A DNA stretch of 64,000 bases from Pocillopora damicornis (lineage: Eukaryota): NCBI RefSeq assembly GCF_003704095.1, contig NW_020844538.1, positions 62,001-126,000 on the forward strand. The letters run 5' to 3'. Shown piece after piece: positions 48,101 through 60,100 of the stretch. Position 1 is the stretch's first letter. Every line of letters starts with the position of its first letter. The notes under the pieces were generated by a model. It searched no databases. It was given only the letters and a program-made list of their open reading frames with translations, and was not told where the DNA came from. A program made the position numbers and the translations under genes.

Positions 48101-51100
48101 TTTTCCGAAAAGGCTGTTTAAATGTGACTCTTAAAAAGCTTGGCGATATAAAGGTGCACGTTCTTATGTGCAGGTGCTTCGAGAAAGCTACGTTTCGAAA
48201 GAGACACCGAGCACTGATTGGTAACGAGCGCACGCTTCAGAGAGTGCAAACATTTAAGTTCTGAGTCAAAAAATTATTATTACAACAACATGCCAATCAC
48301 ACAAATATAACAGACAAGGATAAACATAAAATTAAAACTCTTCGAAAGGAAAATGACCTTTTGAAAAGACGACTTGGAGATTTAAGAGCAGAATTCAAAT
48401 CCATCAAGAACAAGATGGTGGAGCAGAATAAAAGCCAAAGCAATGTAGCGTCTGTGTCTTTCCGGACGTGAAAGATGTGCAATTTGTTAGTGATAGTTGA
48501 GATGCTTTAGTCCCGTCCAACATTGTACCATGGAGAAACGCTTTTCTAGTTTTGCTCGAAGGTTGGATTAGTTGAGAGCTGGGCATTATAAATATTACTT
48601 GTTACGTTGACTTGTAAGCTCAGTTGGTAGAGCATTGCACCGGATTTCATTGAACATTTCCCTTTCAGATTCTGTATTAATCTAGAAATCTAAATTTTAA
48701 AGGCTTTGATGTGAATGAAAGTACATTTACAGAGTTTTAACACAATGCTAATCTTCAAAAAAAAGGCCCATCCCTTCTTGAGTCCAGCAGTGCAGTTTTT
48801 TGTTTTATGAACAATAAAAAATTTTCATTGAGTGGTACTTCGGGAATTTTTTTTTTATCTGTCTTCAAGTTCGTATGATGGCAAGCTCTTCTCCAGATTC
48901 GAGCGCATTATTTTTAAACTATTCCGATTATGGCCCCTGTTGGCAAACCGTCCGTGAGCAAAGCGTTTCGTTTGCCGTCTTTGGAGCAGTTTTGTCTTTC
49001 GTATTGCCTTCCCCGAGTATTGTGAGGAACATCTTCTTGATTACAATTATCACAGTTATCACATTACCACAGCTTCACTGACGCAAAGTGTATCACAGAA
49101 TGTAATACTGACGCAAAATGTAATAATCTTAGCAAATATTTGTAAAGTTCGGATATAATGCGCGCTGTAATTGGTTGAAAGAGCTTGTTTCATCAATGTA
49201 CATTCATTCAATTTTCATCTATTAAACAGACGCCTTACGCAGTTTGTTTTCTACTTTTTATGTAAAATAACTTAGGTGTTTTTATGTGCAACAATTCGGC
49301 CGGATTTCACTGAGCATTTCCCTTTCAGATTCTGTATTAAGACTACAAAAATATAAGCAATGGTAGCGAATTCGACCTGATGAACTATTTCAGTCTGCGA
49401 ACTATTGGTTTTTGAACTTTGATGATTGGAAAGTTTTGACAACCTTGGTCTTATTCAACCGATCAGTTTATTGAACCATATCTTAGCATGTTTTACGAGT
49501 GTAAAACAAGCTGACGACACTTTTTTTCGCCTCTGAAATTATAATTTTTTTAGAAACTAAAAAAGAAATGTGAGGGGAATTTGACGGATTCTCTTTCATA
49601 AGACAAATAATGAAGCTTTGATTGTGCTCTGTTCTGTTGTAAGGCACCTCGGAAGCGGCTAAAGCACCCTAGAATTGGAAAGAAACAATCGACTACCTCT
49701 CGTGTTTCCCCCCTACACTTCTTTCGTGCTTTAGCTGCTTCTTTGCGTCCTTTTCAGAGCAAAGGCAAGGCCTGTTTACCTATCAAATGTAATACTGACA
49801 CAAAATGTAGTATTGATCGCAAAATTTAATAACAATCGCTGCAAAGGTAATAGTCTCGACGCCAAGTTTAATGCTAATGCAAAATATAATGATATCGCCG
49901 CAAAATGTAGTAAACTTTAAGCATTCATCGTATCGCAAAATGTAATGACTAAGTTGAAATGCGTTTAATAATGTGTATTTCGTGGCTTGTTGAGCAGTCT
50001 CATGATTGGTCAGGCTTAGTCCGCTAATCAATCATTTTTCCCATACTTTATTACAACTGAGCATGAATGTAAAGGTTAGTGAATAGATCACTTTTCAACG
50101 CAAGATGTAATAACTTTTCTAACAAGTAAGCAGCACTCTGTGAAGCGTAGCTTTGAAACAGATTTAGTAATAAATCTGTGGCCCCCAAACACATTATCTA
50201 CTCGTACCTATAACGTCCGAAAAATATCATGCAAGTTTATTATCTTGTCAACTGAAGTACACCTTGCAAATTATTTACCACGTGCATCATACTATGCGTA
50301 TAGGTTAAAAATAGATACATTATTTACGATTGGTCTATCGGCAACTTATTTGCCCTATCTGTTAAAACTTCCTGATGAATTCTGCCATTGTCAGACAAAA
50401 CGGGCAGAAACTGAAAACAAGTCAATATTATTTTCGTTCGCGCAGTGCTGCTCAGTAGTTGATCAACAAAAACGGTTCTCGTGAATAAAGTAGCTTGAAG
50501 TAAACTGATTGAAGAATTTCGAAGGCAAAGGCAAAACCTACAGCAAATCCTAATTCCGTTTTAAAACTTTTTGAATGAATTGTGTAAGTGTAAGGAGTGA
50601 ATTTTCTTCAATCCTAACATTTTTTAAGCTTCTACAGTGTTAACTGGACATTAATTAACACCAAATTTCAAATTTCCCTCAAAACACGCTGTTACTTACA
50701 TGCCCACACCTTTGTTTGATTGTACTCATTCGAAAAAAAAAACAGCAAAAAAGCAAAAAGTAAGGAAAGTACTAAGCTCATCACCATAGGAACTGCGAGG
50801 GGTAAGGCGCGTAAAAAAAGCAGTCTGGGAAATGAAAAAATACAGTCGAACCTGTACTAAGCCACACCGTATTAAGCGGTCTGTAATCAAGGTCCCAAAC
50901 TTTTTCCCCTCAAAAAAGTTTGCCGTAGCCCTCTAATCTAGTACTTTTTGACTCCACTTAGCGCCCTGTATCACATTTTGTGCTAGCACATCATACGTTA
51001 GTAGCAGAATTACATTCTTCATAATTACATTAAGCGTTAGAAAAAAATTTACTATATTTTGTGTTTAAAAGTTATCACATTTCTTTGGTATCGAATGGTT

Positions 51101-54100
51101 TATTACGTTTCTCTTCAATATCTTTACTTTTTTAAAATTCATGAGAAAACACGAGAAAAGTCTGAAAATCACCTGCCGAAGGCGAGCCATTCACAAACTT
51201 TTCTTGTGTTCTCCCAACATCCCAAGTGGGTTATTATGCGAATAAACCGATGGAAAGTGTGTTCTATTTTCTTCATAACGTAAACTTCAATTTTCTGTGA
51301 GATTACCGGAGCGATAAGCGATAGGTTTTTGACCAATCAGGGCAGATGTACCTCTGTTATTTATAATAATATAAATTTTACTGATGTTTGTATGACAAGC
51401 AGAATGTTACATGTTCGCAAGTGGATGTGGAATTGACTTTTACGTTGACATAATATCGCTCGCGAATAAGCCAAGTAAACGACTTCATTTATTATGCACC
51501 TGTGCTGTTTACTTTGTTACCTATGTCCCAAATTCAATTTTTCAAGTTTTCTTTACCTAACTTTAAACATCATAGTAAATAACCATCATTTTTCTAACAA
51601 GTTGGTCAATTATAACTTATTTTTTGAGATACTATAAGCGCCCTGATCGGTCAAAAACTCAGTATCGTTTGGTCTGAATCAGTGGTGCAAACAGAACAGG
51701 CTGTTCTTAACAAGGAAAACGCCTTTTTCGCCTTGACGCTTGCTTAACTCGCAATGCAGAAAATAAATACTGAAGAATTCAGAACCCCCTGAAACTCCGA
51801 GAAAACTGCCTGAAAAAAAATCCATGTTGAACGAGAAAATCAACGAATTTCGCTGAATTAGACAGTTCGTGTGCAAGTCACATTAGAGACAAAAATTGTG
51901 TTTGTGAGCACAAAACAAAATTGAAGTGATGATCATGAATCACGTTTGAATGAAAGTTTAATTCACTTATTACGAAATTTAAAAAACCTTAAAATTTAAA
52001 AACGTGACAGTTCACGAAAAGAGAGGGGATTCTTTGGTTTCATCAAACTTCGAAGATGAAATTCGTGTTCACGCGCAGCCATGAAATATCCTCTGCAAAA
52101 TTGTAATTAATAGTACAGCCTAGACTATTAAAAATTCACTTTTAAGTACTGACTGTCTTTATGAACAAGTACCGTTCCGCCATTTTGAATCCTGTAACGC
52201 AGTTCTTTGTCTTGTTCAGACAAAGATGTTGTTATAGTGGGAACTCTACATATGTGCAACACTTATAACGCGTTTCTTTCAAGCGAGGTAGACATTACAT
52301 AAACTGATCACACAGGACGAAAGGTTGTTGTACAGGTTGCTCTATCGTCGAGGCAGAATCATGGAAAACATCTCTCAGGCCAATGACACATTGACATCAA
52401 TTGCCCCCTATCTTTACAAAGGCCCCAGCTGGCAAAACGTCCGTAAGTACAGCGTTCCTCTCGCCCACTTTGGAGCAGTTTTTACTTTAGTTCTGCCTTT
52501 CTTGAGTATTTCTGGAAGCATCCTATTAATGGCAGTCATCTTAAGATTTCCGCAGCTTCGTCATATTCCATCCAATCTACTTCTGATGTCTCTCAGTGCA
52601 TCAGATCTACTGATTGGACTCTTGGCTCAGCCACTACATGGGCTGTGTGCTCTCTCGAAAGAACGTTGTGCATCCATCGTGCCCATCCCTCCAATCTTTC
52701 TTCTCTATTTCGGTTCCTTTTTGTTTCAATCATCCTGCCTGAACTTAACCATGATGACAGTGGACCGATACATCTGCATCGTGGAATCCTTACGATATCA
52801 GACCATCGTTACAGAAACAAGAGTTAACATGGCTATAATTATCACCTGGTCGATAAGTGCCGTAATTCCCTTATTACGTTTTAACCTGTCGTTAATAATT
52901 ATCTCCAAGATCCTAATGGTCATCTTTCTAGCCTCTGTTTTGCTTATCATAATTTTCTGTTATACAAGGATTTTCTGCATATCTCGACGCCACAAAAGAC
53001 AAATTACACGTCAGCTACAAGCTGTAACTCAACGACGCGCTCAACAAGAATTCAAAAGCGCAAATACTATGTTCCTGGTGATCGGAGCTGTGTTAGTGAG
53101 TTATATACCATTAATGATGATAAATATTTTATTAACTGCTGGCATTTTTAACTATGTCGTTAAAATAGTTCATCCTTTTGCCGCAACTTTTGTAGTTCTC
53201 AATTCCAGTATAAACCCATGGATAATTATCTATAGGTCGCCTAAACTTCACAGATTTCTGAAGAAACTCTTCAAAAGGCATCCTTAGAAAGTTCTGCAAG
53301 CGACATACTTGAAAAGTTCTGCGAGCGACATTTGTATATCCACATATAATATCCAAAACGTGTTGAGACCTCAACGCAGTTGTTGAAGAATAAACGAATT
53401 TGCTTGTTTAGACAAGAATCACGTTCTTTCTTTTGTTGTAGGAGACTATCAACTTCGCTTCATTGTTCTGATCTAAATCATTTCTCTATCTAATTATCGG
53501 GTTGTTTACGTCAGAAGCGAAAAAGAAGTGATTTAGAGTTGGGGTAAATTGTTTCCTTTCAAGTTAGAAAGGCCTTTTGAATGATACAAACCATATAATT
53601 CATATATCCAAGCTATACGTTCCCAAAGTAACAATACCTTCTGAATTGGTTTACTCCGATGTAATCCCTAAGATTTGCCATAATGAACGAGATCACAAAC
53701 CCTAAAAAGGATAGGAAAAGTTACCAAATTATATCTCCCATTAAATTGTTACCTTGAATCTTGGCAGCAGTTTTTATGACTAAACCTGTTCGCAAAAAAA
53801 AAAAAAAGAAAAGAAAAACACATGAAATCATTATAATATCCTGAGGAAATTCTAAGAGAAAAACTTTCAATAATGATTCACAGAATAAGGAACCAAAATT
53901 GAAGTTTATTTTTATCAATACACCGAAAAAACGGTCAGAATGAAGCTTTTAACAATAATTATGTCTCTACGGATGTTAATAGTACGTACTCGCTAATCAC
54001 TTGCGAGCTGACCAATCATGCAGTACGTGCGCAATGCACTGTTCACCTGTTTGTTATACAGCTGCATATTAATACTTGATACCGTAAAAGCTTTTATAAA

Positions 54101-57100
54101 TATCTCGAAAACCCTCTTCGTCTCTTTAGTTTACTGATAAAATATATTTTCAAGGAAATAGAGAGCAAAACACAAGGTGCGGCCAAAAGAAGCCTGGTTC
54201 ACTTGTAATACACTCTCAACCTAAACTTTATACCTCAATACTTCCTCAAAATCCCTAAAAATAATAATCCCTAAGGTATCCGAAAGTTTGTGAGAGGGTC
54301 AACTATGGTTTGATTTAACTCAGCCATACCACAAAGAAAAACGGTTCTTGTGAATAAAGTAGCTTAAAGTAAACTGATTGAAGAATTTCAAAGGCAAAGG
54401 CAAAACCTACAGCAAATCCTAATTCCGTTTTAAAACTTTTTGAANNNNNNNNNNNNNNNNNNNNNNNNNNNNNNNNNNNNNNNNNNNNNNNNNNNNNNNN
54501 NNNNNNNNNNNNNNNNNNNNNNNNNNNNNNNNNNNNNNNNNNNNTCTTAATTAACTTCCCACTTTCAAAAAAGTTTCTTCGCTCAAAATTAACATCTTTC
54601 TTTTATCGTTTATCTGATCGTTTGTCAAGCAAGTTGTCTTTTCGCTGCCGTTGAAGCAGATGCGAAGAATGTTACAGGCAGGGTTGCAGCATAGAATAAT
54701 CGAACTAGTTCTGCGAACAATGATGTATCTGATCAGGTATTTTCAGGGTGTTTAGTACGTAGATTAATAAGGCTCCAGATCAGGAGGCAACCCAATCAAC
54801 TTTGGATTGTGTCGCAAATTTAGGTACGACTGTGTTTTCCTAACCAAATAACTGACGCTCTCTTCGTTAGTTATCAACATAACTAAAAATGGAATTTCAA
54901 AGGGCTCAAAATCTGCTTGGAGTAGTTAGAGGGTTTTTTGTATTATATATGTAGGTACGGCTGCACATCTGTTGCTAAGAAGCTGATGGAAGGACGTGGA
55001 AAGCGGACGGTTAATGGTAATGACGTTTATGAGAGAACGCCACTCCATCTGGCAGCACAACAAGGCCATGACGAACTGGTTGAGTTTTTCCTCAAAAGGG
55101 GGGCAAAAATTGACAGGTAAAAGAACAGAGTGCGCCATCATGCCACTACCTTGGCGGCATAAAGTCAAGTTTTCGAAACACTTGAAGTGTCATCATTTTT
55201 TAATTATGAGGGAACGGCTTTAAATTCGGGGCTCCAATCGATTGACGGCATTTCTTCGTATTTTCATATCGTTCACTCAAATTGTAATTACAACTTTGAC
55301 CCATAAAAAGGGTAGAACTCTTTCTAACATTGACTGTTTTGTTTCAGTGACGTACATGGTCAAACACCCTTACACTATGCAGCTCTGCAAGGATCGAAAA
55401 GATCAGCTGAACTCATCTTAGCGAGTAAGCCTGAGAGTCTGAATGTTACCGACAAAAACCAGGTATGTTCTTAAGGTGTACGTTTGGATAGTGAGTGTAG
55501 TTAGAGGAGGGGTGGAACAATTATCTCTACACTGCCATGATTAAGGAGTTACTTCATCACTTTGATTTCAACGAAAATTAGGTTGCTATTGCTTAGATTA
55601 AGTGTATGAACTAAGGGAACCATTCTCTCTTGTCTAGAACACAGCGCTTCACATGGCAGCCAAAGGTGGCCACGCAGAAATCCTGAAATACCTGCTTTCC
55701 AAATCAGAACAACTTGTGTCAGTGAATGAGAGAAACCAAAATATCTTGGATATTGCCATTGAAGCTAGGCAAGAAGCCGTTGCCATGGGAATTGTTGAAC
55801 ATAGAAGGTAAGGTTTGTAAAGAAGTCTTTAGGAAGGATTGCAATCAAAAAGTGATGACTAGAAATTGATTTGACAGCAACGGTTTCCCTTTATTTACAT
55901 GTACTCTGCATTTTAGTGCTCTACTTCCAAATATTCGCGAGAATTGATAAGAATGCTGGCAAACCTGAATTGCCCAAAGGGCTGGAGAAAGTTTTTTTAA
56001 TCAACCTCGATGAGCATCGATATCTATGTAAATGACATGTGTGATGGCGAGTTAGTAAACTATATTGGGCATATGAATTTGAAGCTTCATTTAAGTCTCC
56101 TGAGATTATATGACTTTGAATAAAAATGAACGAAACGAATTTTCTTTCATGTGTTGGACTCAAGTATTTTGGCTTTTCCTTCTTTGAGAGGCCTGATTGG
56201 TCTTGGCGAAGGGGTTTATTTAACCTGAAAGTTTTCCAACAAGGACCTCATTTTCGTGTTCTTTTTCTAGGTGGAAAGAAGTGCTTAGAAGTACAACACA
56301 CGGTTCACATACTCAGATACAGCTTCTAGTTCAACACATGCCTGAAGTGGCAAAGGTACTCACTCCTTTTTCCTTTTAAAATTTCTTAACTGTAATATTA
56401 CAATCCTTTCCAATGTCCTAATCTTAACCAAAACAGAGTCCCCCAGTTTTGTGAATCTTTCTGCGTTTTCCCTCTTACAAATCCTAAATTTTGCAGTCTC
56501 CTGCCAAATGAAGAGAGTTTTTGATGGCACCAAAAATAACCCTTTATCTAACCGATTGGAACGTCACACAGATGTGGCATATTTTGCATGACTTGCATTT
56601 TGTGTTTCAATATTTATTTGACTATGCAACAAAACAAGCTGGGCCTAAAGCTTTTAACTGGAGATAAGAAAAGAACGGTGAGAGTATTTCTGGAAATCAA
56701 AGTAAGAGATTGTTTTCAGTTTCCAACTCATATCTTGAAAATTGCCTCTGCCATCTTTATTAAGGATGATATCAACACCTTCAGGTTTGGTTTCCAGACC
56801 AATTACTGTGTGTTCATAGCATGAGTCTTGATTTATTGGTATTTCTATGCAGAAATTTCTCGATCGCTGTATTGTGGAGGAGGGCGATCCAGAGGACGAA
56901 AATTATAAGGTAAAAGACAGATTTTTTGCATAATTCTTGGCTATTTAAGTCTTTAAAAGCCCTTAAAATAGTGAAATGACTTTTAGATCAGAGCAATTTT
57001 CAATGGCGTATCGAAAGTAATCGGAGATTGCTTCAGTTTCGCTTTCAAACTTCGTTCAGGGATTGTTTTATAAAAAAACTCGCTCTACCCTCGAGCTCTC

Positions 57101-60100
57101 GACCAATCAGAAGGAAAATTGAAACTAACCACGACTTCTTCGCTCGCGGTTTTCCACTCGCTTGTTTTTGATTCGAGTTCTCTTTCGGACCCTGTGATAT
57201 TTAACCCTGTTCTCGATGATCTCTTAACCGTTAGGCGTAAAAATTTACAAATTTTAACCGTTATTCGTAAAAAAAATTAACCGTAAAGAAATTTTTCTGG
57301 TGATAACATTGGAATGATGTTGACCTTTAGTCGTAAAATGACCAAAATTTTAACCGTGAGCCGGAAAAGCCATCGCCCCATTGAGACCTCTTTTTTTGTC
57401 CCAACTTTGGCTTATGTTTTTTTTTAACTTTCAATCGAAATGCGCTCTAATGTTACATGCAATGCTTGTTTTTCAATGAAAAATATAACATTACTTCAAT
57501 CCATTGTCTGTTTTAAACTCTCATTGTTTATTAGGTCTCGTACGATCTTCGGTTTATTCAAGGAATGCCCGATGAAAAAAGAAAAGAAAAGAACGCTAAG
57601 GAATCTCTTAGTGCTCTCCATGTAAGTATCATCATTTATCATCATGTCTGAACACAGTTTGGTTATATCCTTCCCATGAAAAATTGGCCTGCGGAAAATT
57701 CAACTCTGTCTCTAAGATTGCTAAGAATGGGATGGGTGGTTTTGTTTAAGTCCTTCCAGAGCTCTGTAAAGATATGCTACAAGGTTTCTTTTTGAACTCA
57801 GACGTTTTGGGAAGAAGGAAGTGTTTATTTGCTTTGGGTTTTGATCGAAATACTTCGAGACGACTCAAATACGTGCTAAATCTCTCTTTTCCTTCTTCAG
57901 ACGATGGTAAAATATCAACGACTCCAGTGTCTCACACATACTCTATGTTCAGTGCTTATGGACATCAAATGGTAATGATTCGTTGATTAAGGATTGAACG
58001 AATTCGTATATTTCATCTCTGTCTATATTACTCAGTCTATTAATCTAACTTAAAATGCCACCACAACACAGTGCATTAACAGCATACTTTTTCGGTTGTA
58101 CCTTTCAACAGAATTAGTGGAACTTTTCACCTAAGTTTCTCAGTGTCTGCTCCACAGTGAGTGGCTCTCGTTAGTATTAAAAATTGTTGTATTTTCATAC
58201 CACAGGCGAAAATTTGGCTTGGTCTGCGCATTACTGAACCAGATTGTTTACATTTTGTTTGTGTTGCTGTTGATGATAATGATGAAAAAACAAGTTGATG
58301 CAAAACATACATCGGTAATTATTTTGAAGTTACATTTGTTTATCTCAATGATTGGCGGGAAATAAACTTCGGCTGATCATTGTAAATTCGTATAATCTGG
58401 AGAGTGGAAATTGACTATTGCACAATTCTAATGGATCGTTGAAACCTGCAAAGGTGGGGCGAACTCGGTTTATACAAGGGGCGAACTCACAAAGGTGGTC
58501 GGAGGCGAACTTGCAATTGGGTGAAACCTCCAGTTACCCAATGAGGTAGAAGGTGCTTTGTCTCGTTTATGTGGTTGGAGCAAGCGATATCACATAATAG
58601 TGAAAGAAGCTTTTTGAAGACTTCCAGCGGACCGTTCTTTACAGTTAACATGGGGCGAAAATCTTAACTGAGCTCAGCTTTCAGGCAAAGCTATTGAGGG
58701 TCCACACAGTGGCCAACAGGGGCTTTCGTAGTTCATGTATGGGCATCGCAAAGTCTTGGTATTACTTTGTTTAAGGCGAATACATACAACCCTAGTCATA
58801 TCTTCTTTTGTTTCCCTTAAAATCAAATCAGTTAAAGGTAAAATTCAAACAGTGACATCTTTAGCTCTAGGGTGACTTGTATTTGTGATTAATATTATCT
58901 TTACAACATTCATTTCATTAACAGGGAACCGACCCATTGATAGCGCTGTGTTTTAAAGACAGCTGGATTCATGCCAGTGTGTCAGTGTTCCTCATAATAG
59001 CGTGTGGATACAATTTGGCTAAAGAACTTTTTCAGATGTTTGATGAAGTAAGTTATTTTGCTTTGAAACTATTGACGTCACCAGATTAAAACGCACACAC
59101 CAACTACGAAAAAGTTACGAACGATCTCAAATCCCCCCCCCCCTAAAATATTTCTCAATGCCCCCCTTCCTTTCTTTAATAAAATGAGAACGTCAGAGAT
59201 CAATCGTCCACAATCTTTTTTTCCTCATAAGGGTGTAAAGTATTTGTTTACGCTTAACAACTGGCTTGAGGTGACCCTGTATGTCCTGACGTTAGTCACG
59301 CTTGTCAGACCACGTTCCGAGGATATCTCTGAAATGGGAATCTGTGTTTTTCTGGTGTGGATTGTCTTACTACAGTATATTAGCAAGTAAGATATTTTTT
59401 TATAATTTCTTAAATAGACTGAACGTCTCTTAGCTGATGATGATACTTTTGACTTAATATCGGAAAATCAAATCTAGTCAAATCTCCCAGTCAGATCAAA
59501 GCTTCAAGGCAAAAGGAAGCCATTGAAGTCACGATCATGTGACAGGCTTCAAAAGCAAAAAAAAAAAAAAACAGCAAATGAACAGGACGCTATTGGTTTA
59601 ATTCTGCATCTGATCGACTGAGAGAGTGGCTCGAGTTTTCTGAACCGTTCAGAGAGAGGGGTAAAGCAAAATAACTGCAATCCCAAATGAAATCACTTTT
59701 GACGTTCTTTTTCAAACTTAAATTGTACAAAGGGAAACACGTGTCGTCAAAGGAAAAACATCCTTTGTTTCAGGTGATTACGTTTCTTTTCCTTATCATG
59801 AGTTTTTACCTTTTTGTATTTCGTTGCCTAAACAGCCGGTTGTATTTCCAAAGTGGTTCCTGTTGTTTTTTTATCTTACCCGACCACTGTACGTCTCTGT
59901 TTCAGATTCAATTACGTTGGATTGTATATCGTGATGATCACGAAGACAATAAAAACAGTTTCCAAAGTGAGTCTTCATAATGATAACGATGATAATAATG
60001 ATAATGATAATGATAATGGGAATTTAGGAATGGACACTCTACGAAGCGATTTCTCTCGTCTGCTGTTTCTACATTGCAAGAAAGAGAAAGAGGGGCGGTC

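Noticed and set aside
48610-48660. tRNA gene
   Set aside because: Only the A box/D arm is present, with no T arm or acceptor stem; a SINE fragment (likewise GGCTCAGTGGTAGAG near 44011)
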